IMG/VR virus record: IMGVR_UViG_3300021077_000115
Location: 302,064 to 366,063 of that record
Length of the DNA: 64,000 nucleotides
Reading direction: 5' to 3' (one strand)
Source: a virus
The notes under the pieces are model-generated. The model was not told where the DNA came from. It made no database searches and saw only the letters and a program-made list of their open reading frames with translations. The position numbers and the translations under genes are program-made. Each line of letters opens with the position of its first letter. Within the stretch, counting starts at the first letter, position 1. Of the stretch, positions 21,745-31,970 are shown piece by piece.

Positions 21745-22557
21745 TTAAAGAATATCTTTGACAATATCAAATTTACGCCTCAAATACCTATCGGAATCTA
21801 TAATATCTGAATACAGCCAATTAGCAATCTGTCTGCATATGTTGTTTCCATTATATTGTAAAAGTGAAGTTCTCCATCCGTTCAAAGACTTTTCTAAACA
21901 TCTATCTGGTAAGCCTCCATACTCAACAAAGCAAGAATTCATTCCCCTTAAAAAATCTTCAGTACCTCTTGTAGAAAATACCATCTGCCCTTTGTGATTT
22001 GGTCTGGATTTAGCTTTGTGAATTGCCCAACATCCATCTCCGTCAAAATAACCACGACAAAAAGCAGATAACATATCTTGTTGTATATTTGGAAATTTTA
22101 GAATCTTTGTTTTCCTTGGTAAAATGCCAAACCTCTGTAAATCAACAACCATTTTTGGAGAACAAAAAGCAAATGAATAGCATACGGAATTTTCAGACTC
22201 AACACGTGTTAATTTGTGTTCTGATCCAAGGTCTTTTTTAAATAACCTTAAATGATCAATATCCTTTTCGGCTAATGCAAGCCTAACTTGATTCTTGAAA
22301 ACACACCCATCAGCAGCAATAAAACCAGCCCAATAACAAGATTTTAAAGTGTCATTTGAAAAGAAATCATGATTTACTGGCAGATTACCATGATTATTGG
22401 ACTTATAAACAATACCAAAACGCCTCATCATTGAGGATACAACGGCGTGTGAGGTATTATATTTTTCAGCTACTAACCTAAGAGAGCCTAATAATTCATA
22501 ATCATTCAACAAAGATATTTTGGTTATTTCTTGAGAATTTTCAAATCTAGCATTCAT
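21745..22557 (-). CDS. LAGLIDADG-family homing endonuclease, free-standing.
   Basis: Two LAGLIDADG-like motifs are present: WAGFIAADGCVF and RGYFDGDGCWAI. It sits between two fibre genes with 14- and 24-nt spacers and has no SD. Confidence 0.7.
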   Translation of the reverse strand: MNARFENSQEITKISLLNDYELLGSLRLVAEKYNTSHAVVSSMMRRFGIVYKSNNHGNLPVNHDFFSNDTLKSCYWAGFIAADGCVFKNQVRLALAEKDIDHLRLFKKDLGSEHKLTRVESENSVCYSFAFCSPKMVVDLQRFGILPRKTKILKFPNIQQDMLSAFCRGYFDGDGCWAIHKAKSRPNHKGQMVFSTRGTEDFLRGMNSCFVEYGGLPDRCLEKSLNGWRTSLLQYNGNNICRQIANWLYSDIIDSDRYLRRKFDIVKDIL

Positions 22558-22571
22558 AAAATAATACTGAA

Positions 22572-24665
22572 CTATTCCATGTTTGATAGTATTATTGTGT
22601 GCGAATGATTTAAAACGGTACCCACAATACCCGCCGAGATCGGGTGGTTGTGCCCACGATCTATACTTGTCATTTGATTTATTTGGGAAATATGCCTAAT
22701 CTTCTCATTAATGGTGATTCTATGCATATGGGCGGGTATGCCTCCAGGGCCCATTACCATTCCAATGGAAGTAAGAATCTCAGATGGAAGAGTACTAGTG
22801 TCACGAATTGAACGAACTTGATAAATAGGATCTGTCTTACGTACACGTACTGCGGTGAACTTCTGAGCACCTGACTCAAAAAGCATAGTCCTATTTCTAT
22901 CTACATCGATGATTTCATAACGCCATTCTTCAGTTCCATCTTGATTGAATCTGATTATAAAATCCCCATCCTTGACTGTTGGTGTCACCAACGTCCAACA
23001 ATTAGCAATATAGGTATTCTCAATACCTGCGTCTTCACGTTTGAAATCTTCCTTGGTTGGTCCAAAGCGAACCAAAATCTTGCCGTCACTTTCACGTGGA
23101 TTGAAATATTGTTCATATCCAGTTACCAAAGAAGTTCCATAAGTATCTATTCCGCGATACGTTGTATTTTCGCGTGTAGAGCTGGTATGCCGCGATTGCT
23201 TTCCTGACCATTGACGTCGAAACAAAACTACCCGCTCTCCAGTGACCTGAAGTAGATACTCCTCTCTCATATCCATGTGTTCTTGAACGCTCAACCCGCG
23301 TACGGACCCATCACATTCCGATCCATCGGCATACTCTCCACCAAAATAGGTTCCTACGCACTTTCCTGATAACCAATCTGGCAAGAATGTACGATCCCAA
23401 CCCGCTTGATCGTAGATTGGAAATCCGGCATTTGCAACATCTACAACATTGAGGTTGCCAGTTCCTGATAAGATATCTGTACGTTCCCGGAACCCATCTT
23501 TATTGGTTCTAGCATACTGCTCATCAAATCTGATGGTAACCATACCAATGGCCACATTAAGATCCTGCCAACCTTCCCAAAGGCGCACAAATGGATTGTC
23601 GTGATGATGTCGGTATCCGTCATATCCATCGATAGTATGCGGACGAGCACCGCTAGGGCCTCCATTAACCACATACCCATCAACATCCACTAGAAAGTAG
23701 TCCCCACGTTTGAATGGAATCGTTCCATTATTAATGGCAAAACTCAAAATACCATTAGAAACAATAACTCCATCAGGATTCCATATTACAGGATCTCCGT
23801 AGCCATCTAAAGCAGAGCCTGTTAGAGATCCAATCGCCCCAAACTTAGCATAGCCATCATTTTCAGAACCATCTAGCGAACAGAAAATCTTCCAATCTTG
23901 AATTATAGATTTTCCATCTATCAATTCCAAATTTGAAATATAGCCATTACCAACATTATTTCCAACACTATAACCATCTATATAAGATAGACTACTCAAA
24001 ATATCATCTGATAAATAACCACGTTGTAATCCAGATAGATTTGGGAAAATCAAATATTCTGGACAATGACAATGATGCTCACGACGTTCTGAGCAATGGC
24101 AATGATGTCCCTTATCGCAATGGTGCTCTTCTGAGCAATTGCATTTTGGCCTTAATGTTCCAACATCAACATGAGAATAGAATATTAGTTCGTGTCCAAT
24201 TTTGACAACTCCAATTGGCGGGAACCCGGCAACATCATTCAAATACATGATGTCATCGGTAGCTGTCATATTCTGAACCAAAACAGCTTCTGGGGCTATT
24301 TTAGATCCTGGATCGCCATCTAAGAGCTGATCGTATAGAAGCGTTCCGGATGCATATGCAGATCCCTTTACAGCAAAATAATAGGTTCTTCCAGGGCTAA
24401 ATGCATCAAAAATATTAAGGGACAGAAACTGATCTTTGGTATTCGGCCTAACTATTAGCTTTACGCCCTCATCATAAATCTTAGTCTGATTTGTAGACCA
24501 ATATATGTTGTAAAAAAGATCCCAATTACCAGGCTGCTTTTGCTGAATGTATTCCTTGTACCATTGAAGCGCAACAGTATACCCATCCCCACCACATACC
24601 ACTGTACGAACGCCATGGAGTGATGCGTCAAATGTACGCAGAAATACTGGAGGGTTGCATGCCAT
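22572..24665 (-). CDS. Tail fibre protein (697 aa) with a Cys/His cluster and C-terminal HxH motifs.
   Basis: Contains CNCSEEHHCDKGHHCHCSERREHHCHCPEY and a C-terminus ...RGHNHPISAGIVGTVLNHSHTI. It also carries the DGY domain paralogous to the sheath insertion. Confidence 0.6.
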   Translation of the reverse strand: MACNPPVFLRTFDASLHGVRTVVCGGDGYTVALQWYKEYIQQKQPGNWDLFYNIYWSTNQTKIYDEGVKLIVRPNTKDQFLSLNIFDAFSPGRTYYFAVKGSAYASGTLLYDQLLDGDPGSKIAPEAVLVQNMTATDDIMYLNDVAGFPPIGVVKIGHELIFYSHVDVGTLRPKCNCSEEHHCDKGHHCHCSERREHHCHCPEYLIFPNLSGLQRGYLSDDILSSLSYIDGYSVGNNVGNGYISNLELIDGKSIIQDWKIFCSLDGSENDGYAKFGAIGSLTGSALDGYGDPVIWNPDGVIVSNGILSFAINNGTIPFKRGDYFLVDVDGYVVNGGPSGARPHTIDGYDGYRHHHDNPFVRLWEGWQDLNVAIGMVTIRFDEQYARTNKDGFRERTDILSGTGNLNVVDVANAGFPIYDQAGWDRTFLPDWLSGKCVGTYFGGEYADGSECDGSVRGLSVQEHMDMREEYLLQVTGERVVLFRRQWSGKQSRHTSSTRENTTYRGIDTYGTSLVTGYEQYFNPRESDGKILVRFGPTKEDFKREDAGIENTYIANCWTLVTPTVKDGDFIIRFNQDGTEEWRYEIIDVDRNRTMLFESGAQKFTAVRVRKTDPIYQVRSIRDTSTLPSEILTSIGMVMGPGGIPAHMHRITINEKIRHISQINQMTSIDRGHNHPISAGIVGTVLNHSHTIILSNME

Positions 24666-24679
24666 AATTACATGCTGGA

Positions 24680-25327
24680 TTATCCTACAACATTAATATC
24701 AACGTTGAATAGGCTCGCTAATTCCAGCAGTTTTTCACGTCTCTCATCTCTTTTTTTATCATCATCTTTATCACGTGTATGATGATCGAGCACCTGATCT
24801 ACGTACTCCTCTGCCTCATCATCGCTTTTGGTATCAGAAATGTACTTAGTCTGATTGCGAAATCCTTCTTGTTCGGTAGGATTATCAAGATAATTATCGT
24901 CAGTTGAACCAGGAGTTGCCTTGCTACCAGTAGTTTGCTGGCAAACATGAGTCATCTCATGCGGAAGATAATGATCATTTTCCTTCATCTTTTCATCGAT
25001 ATGAAGCCTTTCATGTGCAAGGTAATTATCATCATCTCCGCCGGTAAACAGGTCAACGTTCAAATAGATGACACCATGATCTGTACGCGCCGAAACTGGA
25101 ATTTTGGCAACACAAATTGGCCACAAATCAAGCTCTTCTCTCTTGATATCATACTCCTTAAGCATGTCTTTGACTACATCGCTGTCAAAAACTCGCTTCT
25201 TGAGCTTATCAATAACAGGGGCCAGCTTCTTGTGTGGAAGGCCTTTGGTTACAATCTCTTCCGGCATAATAAAGTGCGGGAATATGCAGGGATTATTCCT
25301 GGATGAAATCCTCGTAGAAACTATCAC
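24680..25327 (-). CDS. Putative zinc metallohydrolase with two adjacent HExxH motifs and an acidic C-terminus.
   Basis: Contains NYLAHERLHIDEKMKENDHYLPHEMTHVCQQ, i.e. HERLH and HEMTH. The spacing recalls SprT/DUF45-type HExxH domains. Confidence 0.4.
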   Translation of the reverse strand: MIVSTRISSRNNPCIFPHFIMPEEIVTKGLPHKKLAPVIDKLKKRVFDSDVVKDMLKEYDIKREELDLWPICVAKIPVSARTDHGVIYLNVDLFTGGDDDNYLAHERLHIDEKMKENDHYLPHEMTHVCQQTTGSKATPGSTDDNYLDNPTEQEGFRNQTKYISDTKSDDEAEEYVDQVLDHHTRDKDDDKKRDERREKLLELASLFNVDINVVG

Positions 25328-25724
25328 TCTGCTTCAGATTACTTACCTGGGAATCCCAATTGTTCCATAATTCACGGGCAAGATTGGTAAAGTCATAAAA
25401 GTTTAAAACTCCAGGATTATAGCTAATGCCATTATCAGATATAGCTGGCCCTGGAATTTTGCTAGCTACCTCAGATGCTTTCTTGGCCAGCAACACATAA
25501 GCCGCATAAGTTACCAAGATGTCTGAAAGTTGGGCTACATTCTCCTCGTCTTCATCAAAAGAAAAATATGTTATAGCTGGTACCATATTGAACGCGCTCA
25601 GCGCTAATTGAAGAGCCAACCTAACATCATTGGTGTTGGTTTCATCACTATCAAGCCCAATACGAAATTTAACTACCTCTACAAGATTATCTAAAACTGA
25701 CATGCGAACCTCCAATGGGTTCAT
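25293..25724 (-). CDS. Hypothetical protein (143 aa).
   Basis: ORF with an ATG start in the co-oriented gene string. Confidence 0.45.
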   Translation of the reverse strand: MNPLEVRMSVLDNLVEVVKFRIGLDSDETNTNDVRLALQLALSAFNMVPAITYFSFDEDEENVAQLSDILVTYAAYVLLAKKASEVASKIPGPAISDNGISYNPGVLNFYDFTNLARELWNNWDSQVSNLKQSDSFYEDFIQE

Positions 25725-25727
25725 ATA

Positions 25728-26027
25728 TCAGCCTGGCGGCGGAGGTGGAGGCGGAGGTACATCTAGAGCATTTACAATTGGCATTAGCTTTGCCGGCAAG
25801 GTTCCCTTAAGTAATAAGGTTGTGCCTTGCAGTATCAACCATGGATCTCCTGGTAGAGCGCCACGAATTACCTTGAGAAACCCTCCCAGTTTAGGATGCT
25901 TAAGAACCCAAGTATCCAGTTGACTTCGATGTCCTAATAGTAGATTGCAAATATACAGTGAAATGATCGCAATCCAAACATAATGAACTGTAATAAATGT
26001 AATTATCTGCTGCATATAAATATGCAC
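25728..26027 (-). CDS. Possible small membrane protein with one N-terminal TM helix and a C-terminal poly-Pro tail. Start is uncertain (GTG at 26027 or ATG at 26015).
   Basis: Hydrophobic stretch IITFITVHYVWIAIISLYICNLLL and a C-terminus [11 protein letters not shown]. It occupies an otherwise empty 300-bp gap between genes. No clear SD. Confidence 0.3.
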   Translation of the reverse strand: MHIYMQQIITFITVHYVWIAIISLYICNLLLGHRSQLDTWVLKHPKLGGFLKVIRGALPGDPWLILQGTTLLLKGTLPAKLMPIVNALDVPPPPPPPPG

Positions 26028-26035
26028 TGATATTA

Positions 26036-26947
26036 TTAGAATATTTGACGTTCGCGGAGATGGCGTAAACGGCGCACTTGAGGACTTGCACCACCAACGA
26101 ATGATAGGGTTCCAAGACCGAGGGGTGAGGGTTTCATGTTGTGCTTAATCAACTTACATTTTTCGTACCAAGCATCCATTTCACTTTTGTACTGAGTATT
26201 CAAAAGCTCTGCCTGTTGTGGTGGTGTAAATCCAATACCATTATCATTGATAGTGAACTCTCTACCACGCTCAATCAGAGCCTGGGCACCTAAAGCCAAA
26301 TACAACGATCCTTGAACCAAAATGTCATGGAATTGCTCAATAATTGGAGTATCATCCCAAGTGAATAGGGTAAAATGAGGTATCTCGTTGAACATGGTAA
26401 GAGATTCGCAGATAAAGGCTACCAATTCATCAACTGTAAATACATCGCAATCCTTGTAAATTGGATTGCCATGCTCATCCATTCTACGCGCCTTGCCACG
26501 AGCCTTGAGCCTTGCCCTTAGTGATTTCACTACATTGTTGATGTTACAGATGGCAATTTGACTAAAATTAAAGCCTGGGTCATCTCCTAGTTTATGTAAC
26601 CCATCAGTATTGAGTCCTGGAAGCTGGGAGTTGAATGTAGTGAATGTATATTCACCAAGTATATTATATTCCTGATAGAGGCCACTCCAAGCATCTCTCC
26701 AAGTTCCAACTGGGGGATAAAGACCAACACAGTAATTGAATTGATATGTACCTACACCAATTCTCATGACGCCAGAACTGGTTGGACCAACAGCAACGCC
26801 ACCACTAGGCTGAATAACCGTGACAGTTGGAAAGCTGTCCAAGTCAACAGGAGATCCATCAATAGCGAATTTAGCCGCAAGAGCTACAATGTCATTTGGT
26901 TGTATAATCTCTGAGCGAGGAAGAGTGGCCATACTTCTATGCGCCAT
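26036..26947 (-). CDS. Hypothetical structural or assembly protein (303 aa). Its central segment is duplicated in 32211..32594.
   Basis: DVFTVDELVAFICESLTMFNEIPHFTLFTWDDTPIIEQFHD here aligns with DVYTTDQLVEFANQALSRFNSILPFTNFAWDDTAFLEKHYSD in the other ORF. Confidence 0.5.
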   Translation of the reverse strand: MAHRSMATLPRSEIIQPNDIVALAAKFAIDGSPVDLDSFPTVTVIQPSGGVAVGPTSSGVMRIGVGTYQFNYCVGLYPPVGTWRDAWSGLYQEYNILGEYTFTTFNSQLPGLNTDGLHKLGDDPGFNFSQIAICNINNVVKSLRARLKARGKARRMDEHGNPIYKDCDVFTVDELVAFICESLTMFNEIPHFTLFTWDDTPIIEQFHDILVQGSLYLALGAQALIERGREFTINDNGIGFTPPQQAELLNTQYKSEMDAWYEKCKLIKHNMKPSPLGLGTLSFVGGASPQVRRLRHLRERQIF

Positions 26948-26968
26948 TAAGCGAAGAACTTTGCGTCT

Positions 26969-29900
26969 TCAATACAGCGAGCTAAGTCCAGTATATAGTT
27001 CGGTTGCTTCGCCAAGCACATCAGCTTGTGTTGGAGTTTTAATCATCAATCGTCGTACAGACATATCTCCAGTTGATTGGCCACCAAAATGTCCAGCATT
27101 TATATATAAACGATCTACGCCAATTAAAGTACCTCCGAAATCATTCACTATAGATGTTCCTGATGGATCAATTTTCCAACAATGAGTGCCATCAGCAGCA
27201 TAAACAGCATATTGTAGGGTAGTGTCTGCTACAATTGTATTTCCTATAACAGTTTCAACGCTGCCTCCTTGGCCATAACGGATAGCTAATAGAGTAGTAC
27301 CGCTTTGCGCCAACGTAAAGCTCTGAGCAATACCAGAATCAATCTGGCCTAAATAAATTGTATTCCCAGCTTCTGTAACACCAGTCCACCACATAATACC
27401 AATTATAAATGGTGGTGTACTGCTTCCGCCATATACTCCCCAATGATAGCCATCAATCAAACTAAGAATCTTACCAGGAGCCATTGTAGCTATGCGTCGG
27501 CCTCCAACAGGATCTGTTGTCATTTGAGGTGTGCTAGTAGCAGTAAGCACCGCAGTGCCCTCACGACTTGCCCATGATGTAATCGTGGTACCAGTCAATG
27601 ATACCCCATGTTCCATATCCCAATAACCACCAGTACTCCACGTTCCACGTTGTGGCAGATCCGGTTCAATGATAGCAAGTCGTGCTGATTGTTGATGCCT
27701 GACACGCCAAGCCTCTCGACCAATTTCAACACATTGAGGTGCTGAATAATGTATCTGCCACAGCGTGCGATCTCCACCATCCAATCGCGTTAGATATGTA
27801 CCAGGAACTGTTGCGGCAACCTGATCTTGTGCTGCGCGTACTGCATCAGAACTCATGTATGTCACAGTTGGTGTTGTGGTATTCGGGCCTAACCATTCAT
27901 TCAGACGATGAATTCCGAATTGAATATTCGCACCATATAATCCACGAATCCACGAAATAAGGGCAGTCAAATCTGCGGCATAGGTAGCGGCAAGTGTACC
28001 AATTGTATTTGCCTCTGCTTCTCCCTGGATCCATAGAGCGTCCGTGAACTCATATAGACTAGTACCAAGTGCAGCGAGTGCACCGGCCACAGTAGCCGGC
28101 AAATATACATAATCTGCACCGCTTGGCAACCAAGAAGTAATGGGTGTGCCGCCATGCCCACAATTAATTACAATAGCAGGAATATTATTTTTAACTGCCT
28201 CTGCCTGCCAACCTGTTCGTATGCCGGAGCCACTAGGGCCTGAAATTGGATCTGTATCCCATCCAGTCGTTGTAAGATATCCGCCATTGTCTCCTAGATA
28301 AAATGCATATCCAGGACGAGCTAGTATACCATTACCAACTAGTGTATTAGCGCCTGCCTTGATTGATACCGCGTTACTCTGACCAAAAACCAATGTAATT
28401 GGCCATTGTGTAGGTAAGTAAGCCATTGCACGCAACTCAGTACATGATACAGTTAATTGTGGAACTGTCCACGCTGATCCGAAATGCTCTGCCAAATTTT
28501 CAACAACTGATCTTGCATTACCACCAAACAGCGTTCTGCTCGTGAAAGTTGCCGTAGTTGATGTGGCCATCACTCCACCAGCCGCCAAAGTTCCATCAAT
28601 ATATAAGGAGACTGAACTTGGGCCCGCAACAAGCTGCAGACATACCGGGACTGGTGCAACTGGTTGGGTTGTTAATTGAGTGACAGTGGCTCCGGCATCA
28701 TTGGTTCGAGTGATAGACCAGACTCCAGTTGGATCGACACTCACTGCAAGACGGCTTGTCGTGCCATTGAGTGAGTATACCTGTCGCGCAGTACTAGTTG
28801 GGCTATGCTCTCGAACCCAAATACACATTTCGATTGTAGCTAATGTACAAGATGGTATTGAGTAGGTTAGAGCACATGAATTACCATATCCTTCAACAAG
28901 TGCCGAATGACCAAACCAAATATCAGGTGAGAGTACAGGGCAGTAGCCATCAGTCCCCTGGGCCAGGATTAAATCAGTACTACCACGAGCAGGAGTAATA
29001 TAGGATACTTTATCTTGTTGTAAATGCACATTAGATACTGTAATTACTGGGCCAGTTAGAGGAAATCTAGATGCGCCTCTGGTGCCTATATCACACAACT
29101 GCCCTTCAGCAACATTAACTGGAATAAGATTCGTTTCATAAATAACGTCAATCCATCCATCAGTTCTCGCACTAAAGCTGTATCCATTATGATATCCAGA
29201 TGGAGTTGTTAATTCATAAATTGTATAAGAAGTATCGCTACTTGGATATCTTAAACTTTGCAATGAAGGCAATTCAATAAATTGTGTAGATGAAAATTCA
29301 AAAAATAGATGTTTTGCGTCGTATTCAGCTCCCGGTAAATACGAGAATGTAGCCCGTATCCAGCCAACGCTAGCTAGATTTCCCGGAGCAAGTCTAGCAA
29401 GACGACTACTGGTACCTGATTCAGTCAATGCAGATGCACGCGGAATTCCATCTTTATCAAATAAACTATTGACCGCAGTAAGCCCAGTCAATGTCCACGT
29501 GCCAGCAACTGGATTATTTCCAGACAGCGGCTTAATCTGAACCGTCTGCGTCTGAGAAAAATCAAAGAGCGTTGATGTGTACTCAGCTAGAGTGGCAATG
29601 GGCGGTGGGCCTTGCCATTCTGCCTCTGTTGCACTTATAGCAGTCAAAACTTGCCCAGGAGTTGGTGCCGCTGAGGCAGATATAGAAACTACCGTAGTAG
29701 CAGTCTGTAATCCAGTAGCGTATTGAGCCACACCAATTGGTGTATGTACATGAGACGCATTAGTATTATCCTGTAGATATAGAGTTACAACGGTTGTGCC
29801 GCTTCCGCCAATTTTTATAGCTTTATATTTGATTACCAATCTATCTGTTGATGTTACAGGGAACATTCCTTCGAACGGATTTGAATTATATAAAGTAGAC

Positions 29901-30472
29901 GTATTACCAGTAATAATTGGTGTTGTTGTAGAAAATAAATAAGTATCGATATTACTAAGGTTACGAGAATATCCATCAATTTCTACAACTACATATCCAT
30001 CATTATTATCGACGCTTATAAAAGTATCAAATGCCCATTCTCCCTGTTGCACAAAAGGCTCTCCAATTGGTACTTCTGAAACGAACGTACCAAGGACTAC
30101 CGTTTGTCCAGAAGATATTGGTGACTTTAGAGTAATTTCAGAGCCAGGAGTATATTGACTAGTTGGAGTTAGCTGATAACCATCAGGCAACGCATACCCA
30201 TCAAGATAGAATACCTCTCCTGCTGCAATGCTTGGAACTGGTGTCTGCCATTGAGCAGATGTGCCATTTATAGCCGTTACAACTTGTCCAACGGTTGGCG
30301 CTGTCGCTGAAGAAACCGAAACTACGGTAGATGATGTTCTGATTCCGGAGGAAATCCGATCATTTGAAAGGCGAGAGTCGTTTTGTGAAACATAACCATC
30401 CGACATACTATCAAGTTTGGCGCTATCTTCAACGGTCATGAATCCAAAATCATCAGTGAATTTCTTTAACAT
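26969..30472 (-). CDS. Long tail fibre protein (1167 aa) with an internal ~40-aa protein repeat and an N-terminal anchor domain shared with the broken tailspike.
   Basis: The N-terminus FTDDFGFMTVEDSAKLDSMSDGYVSQNDS aligns with 41547..41873. The internal repeat is TSSTVVSVSSATAPTVGQVVTAI... versus TATTVVSISASAAPTPGQVLTAI.... Confidence 0.6.
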   Translation of the reverse strand: MLKKFTDDFGFMTVEDSAKLDSMSDGYVSQNDSRLSNDRISSGIRTSSTVVSVSSATAPTVGQVVTAINGTSAQWQTPVPSIAAGEVFYLDGYALPDGYQLTPTSQYTPGSEITLKSPISSGQTVVLGTFVSEVPIGEPFVQQGEWAFDTFISVDNNDGYVVVEIDGYSRNLSNIDTYLFSTTTPIITGNTSTLYNSNPFEGMFPVTSTDRLVIKYKAIKIGGSGTTVVTLYLQDNTNASHVHTPIGVAQYATGLQTATTVVSISASAAPTPGQVLTAISATEAEWQGPPPIATLAEYTSTLFDFSQTQTVQIKPLSGNNPVAGTWTLTGLTAVNSLFDKDGIPRASALTESGTSSRLARLAPGNLASVGWIRATFSYLPGAEYDAKHLFFEFSSTQFIELPSLQSLRYPSSDTSYTIYELTTPSGYHNGYSFSARTDGWIDVIYETNLIPVNVAEGQLCDIGTRGASRFPLTGPVITVSNVHLQQDKVSYITPARGSTDLILAQGTDGYCPVLSPDIWFGHSALVEGYGNSCALTYSIPSCTLATIEMCIWVREHSPTSTARQVYSLNGTTSRLAVSVDPTGVWSITRTNDAGATVTQLTTQPVAPVPVCLQLVAGPSSVSLYIDGTLAAGGVMATSTTATFTSRTLFGGNARSVVENLAEHFGSAWTVPQLTVSCTELRAMAYLPTQWPITLVFGQSNAVSIKAGANTLVGNGILARPGYAFYLGDNGGYLTTTGWDTDPISGPSGSGIRTGWQAEAVKNNIPAIVINCGHGGTPITSWLPSGADYVYLPATVAGALAALGTSLYEFTDALWIQGEAEANTIGTLAATYAADLTALISWIRGLYGANIQFGIHRLNEWLGPNTTTPTVTYMSSDAVRAAQDQVAATVPGTYLTRLDGGDRTLWQIHYSAPQCVEIGREAWRVRHQQSARLAIIEPDLPQRGTWSTGGYWDMEHGVSLTGTTITSWASREGTAVLTATSTPQMTTDPVGGRRIATMAPGKILSLIDGYHWGVYGGSSTPPFIIGIMWWTGVTEAGNTIYLGQIDSGIAQSFTLAQSGTTLLAIRYGQGGSVETVIGNTIVADTTLQYAVYAADGTHCWKIDPSGTSIVNDFGGTLIGVDRLYINAGHFGGQSTGDMSVRRLMIKTPTQADVLGEATELYTGLSSLY

Positions 30473-30483
30473 GTTTATCCTAT

Positions 30484-31389
30484 TTAGACGGGACTAACCG
30501 AAGTAACACCAAATGGCCTTGATGCATTGATTGCATATGTTTCCCATTTGAATTTATATTCATTAAATGAGCTTTGTCCGCTGTTCCATGTCCAAGCAAT
30601 AATAGATTCATCGTATGAACTTGTACTCGCAAAAGCAAATTGTGTTGTTGTCTGAGATCCAGGGACAATGGTTATTTCACCAATAGAACCAATAGAGGTC
30701 TCTCGGCTAAATGTGATTACAGCATCCTCTGGTAACCCTCCGGGAGGAGTTACTAACACGTAACCGTCAACCAGCGTGGCATATCCAAAACCAACATCAC
30801 TGCGTACTTCAACATCCTTTTCTGTCCAAGAAACAGAAGCTATGTATGTTCCAATCGCTGGGACACCATTAGGTATACACAGCCCATGTATATATAATCC
30901 TGTGCCTATTCGAGTCATTAGCCTTGGATAATGAACGGCCTTTGAAAGGTCTGGAAATATTACTTGCTGAACAACTGGAACATAATATCCATCATTTGGC
31001 CCACGATGATTAACGTGAAAACAATCGTGATGATGACGGCGATGATGGTCATGACAATGATAACCATCAAAACAACTATCATGATCAAAATGATTATGAT
31101 AGTTGTGGTTATTCCACCATCTGTGCCATTCGTGACGATCTGTGGTGTGTCTTACACATGCCGTCCATAAATGATGGTGATGATGATGGTTAGAATATCC
31201 ATCATATCCATCTGGATAGTATCCATCCGGTGGATCTGAATAATATCCGTCTGGCAGAAGATAGCCATAGCCATCTAGCCAATTTCCATAGCCGTCCAAA
31301 TCAGCAGGGTATCCGTTACTATCTAGCACTTGAACTATCAAACGAACCGTCTGTCCAGTATTAGCAAATATGTAATTTACAGAACCCAT
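30484..31389 (-). CDS. His-rich tail fibre protein with DGY repeats and a roughly 70-aa tract containing about 25 His residues.
   Basis: Contains LDGYGNWLDGYGYLLPDGYYSDPPDGYYPDGYDGYSNHHHHHHLWTACVRHTTDRHEWHRWWNNHNYHNHFDHDSCFDGYHCHDHHRRHHHDCFHVNHRGP. Confidence 0.55.
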   Translation of the reverse strand: MGSVNYIFANTGQTVRLIVQVLDSNGYPADLDGYGNWLDGYGYLLPDGYYSDPPDGYYPDGYDGYSNHHHHHHLWTACVRHTTDRHEWHRWWNNHNYHNHFDHDSCFDGYHCHDHHRRHHHDCFHVNHRGPNDGYYVPVVQQVIFPDLSKAVHYPRLMTRIGTGLYIHGLCIPNGVPAIGTYIASVSWTEKDVEVRSDVGFGYATLVDGYVLVTPPGGLPEDAVITFSRETSIGSIGEITIVPGSQTTTQFAFASTSSYDESIIAWTWNSGQSSFNEYKFKWETYAINASRPFGVTSVSPV

Positions 31390-31403
31390 GCCTATATGCC
31401 CGG

Positions 31404-31970
31404 TTATTCGTCGTCAATATTTTTCTTGAAAATAGGATCTACGGCCAAAATCGGAGCACGATCTGCCGCATCCATATCTGCATTTTCTGCGGCAAAATCT
31501 TCAGCAGACCCCTCATCCATATCCAAATCAGGAAACTCAACTTGTTCAATCTCTGGTGGTTTCCTAACAGTACGAGTTGAACCCATATCCAAAACATGAG
31601 CCACTTCAATCTTCTTGGTAAATATCTGGGGCGCTACAGACCTAATCTTGATATGCTGTCCTTTCTTGTAAATTGAACCGCTTTGAATGCTATCATCAAT
31701 CTGCTTTTTTGTGATATTATACATGGATAAGCCATTTTTCTTTTTAGCAAGCAAATTTAAGCTTTGCCCACGGCGAACTGTAATGGCTAGATCACTAATT
31801 GTAATATCTTGAAAACGATTTATATTCGTAACCCAAAGCTCTTCCGGCTTGGCTAGAGGATAAAACCTTTCCTGCAATCTCTGGCTACTACTTTTCAACT
31901 TTATCCTCAGATACAATGGCACAATCGCAGACGGTTGTGCTGTCAGCTTCGCTGACAACAGATACTTCAA
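31404..31970 (-). CDS. Hypothetical protein. The listed start overlaps the csp gene by 83 nt, so the true start is probably internal.
   Basis: ORF from the track. A candidate TTG start exists at about 31877. Confidence 0.4.
   Translation of the reverse strand: MKYLLSAKLTAQPSAIVPLYLRIKLKSSSQRLQERFYPLAKPEELWVTNINRFQDITISDLAITVRRGQSLNLLAKKKNGLSMYNITKKQIDDSIQSGSIYKKGQHIKIRSVAPQIFTKKIEVAHVLDMGSTRTVRKPPEIEQVEFPDLDMDEGSAEDFAAENADMDAADRAPILAVDPIFKKNIDDE

Noticed and set aside
21721-22571. Intein or group I intron hosting the LAGLIDADG ORF, and likewise for the HNH ORFs.
   Set aside because: The endonuclease ORFs have their own stop-bounded frames and lie in short gaps between ORFs that each have their own start and stop. 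No in-frame continuity exists with flanking genes. They are treated as free-standing homing endonucleases.
25725-26035. tRNA or CRISPR elements in the few intergenic gaps larger than 100 bp.
   Set aside because: No cloverleaf-compatible GTTC/T-loop signatures and no spaced direct repeats were seen. The gaps are explained by small ORFs, terminators or hairpins.
29600-30340. Possible diversity-generating retroelement (template and variable repeat) suggested by an internal repeat in the 1167-aa fibre gene.
   Set aside because: The two DNA copies are only about 65-70% identical with mismatches of every type, not adenine-specific. No reverse transcriptase ORF is present in the window. It is an old internal domain duplication.
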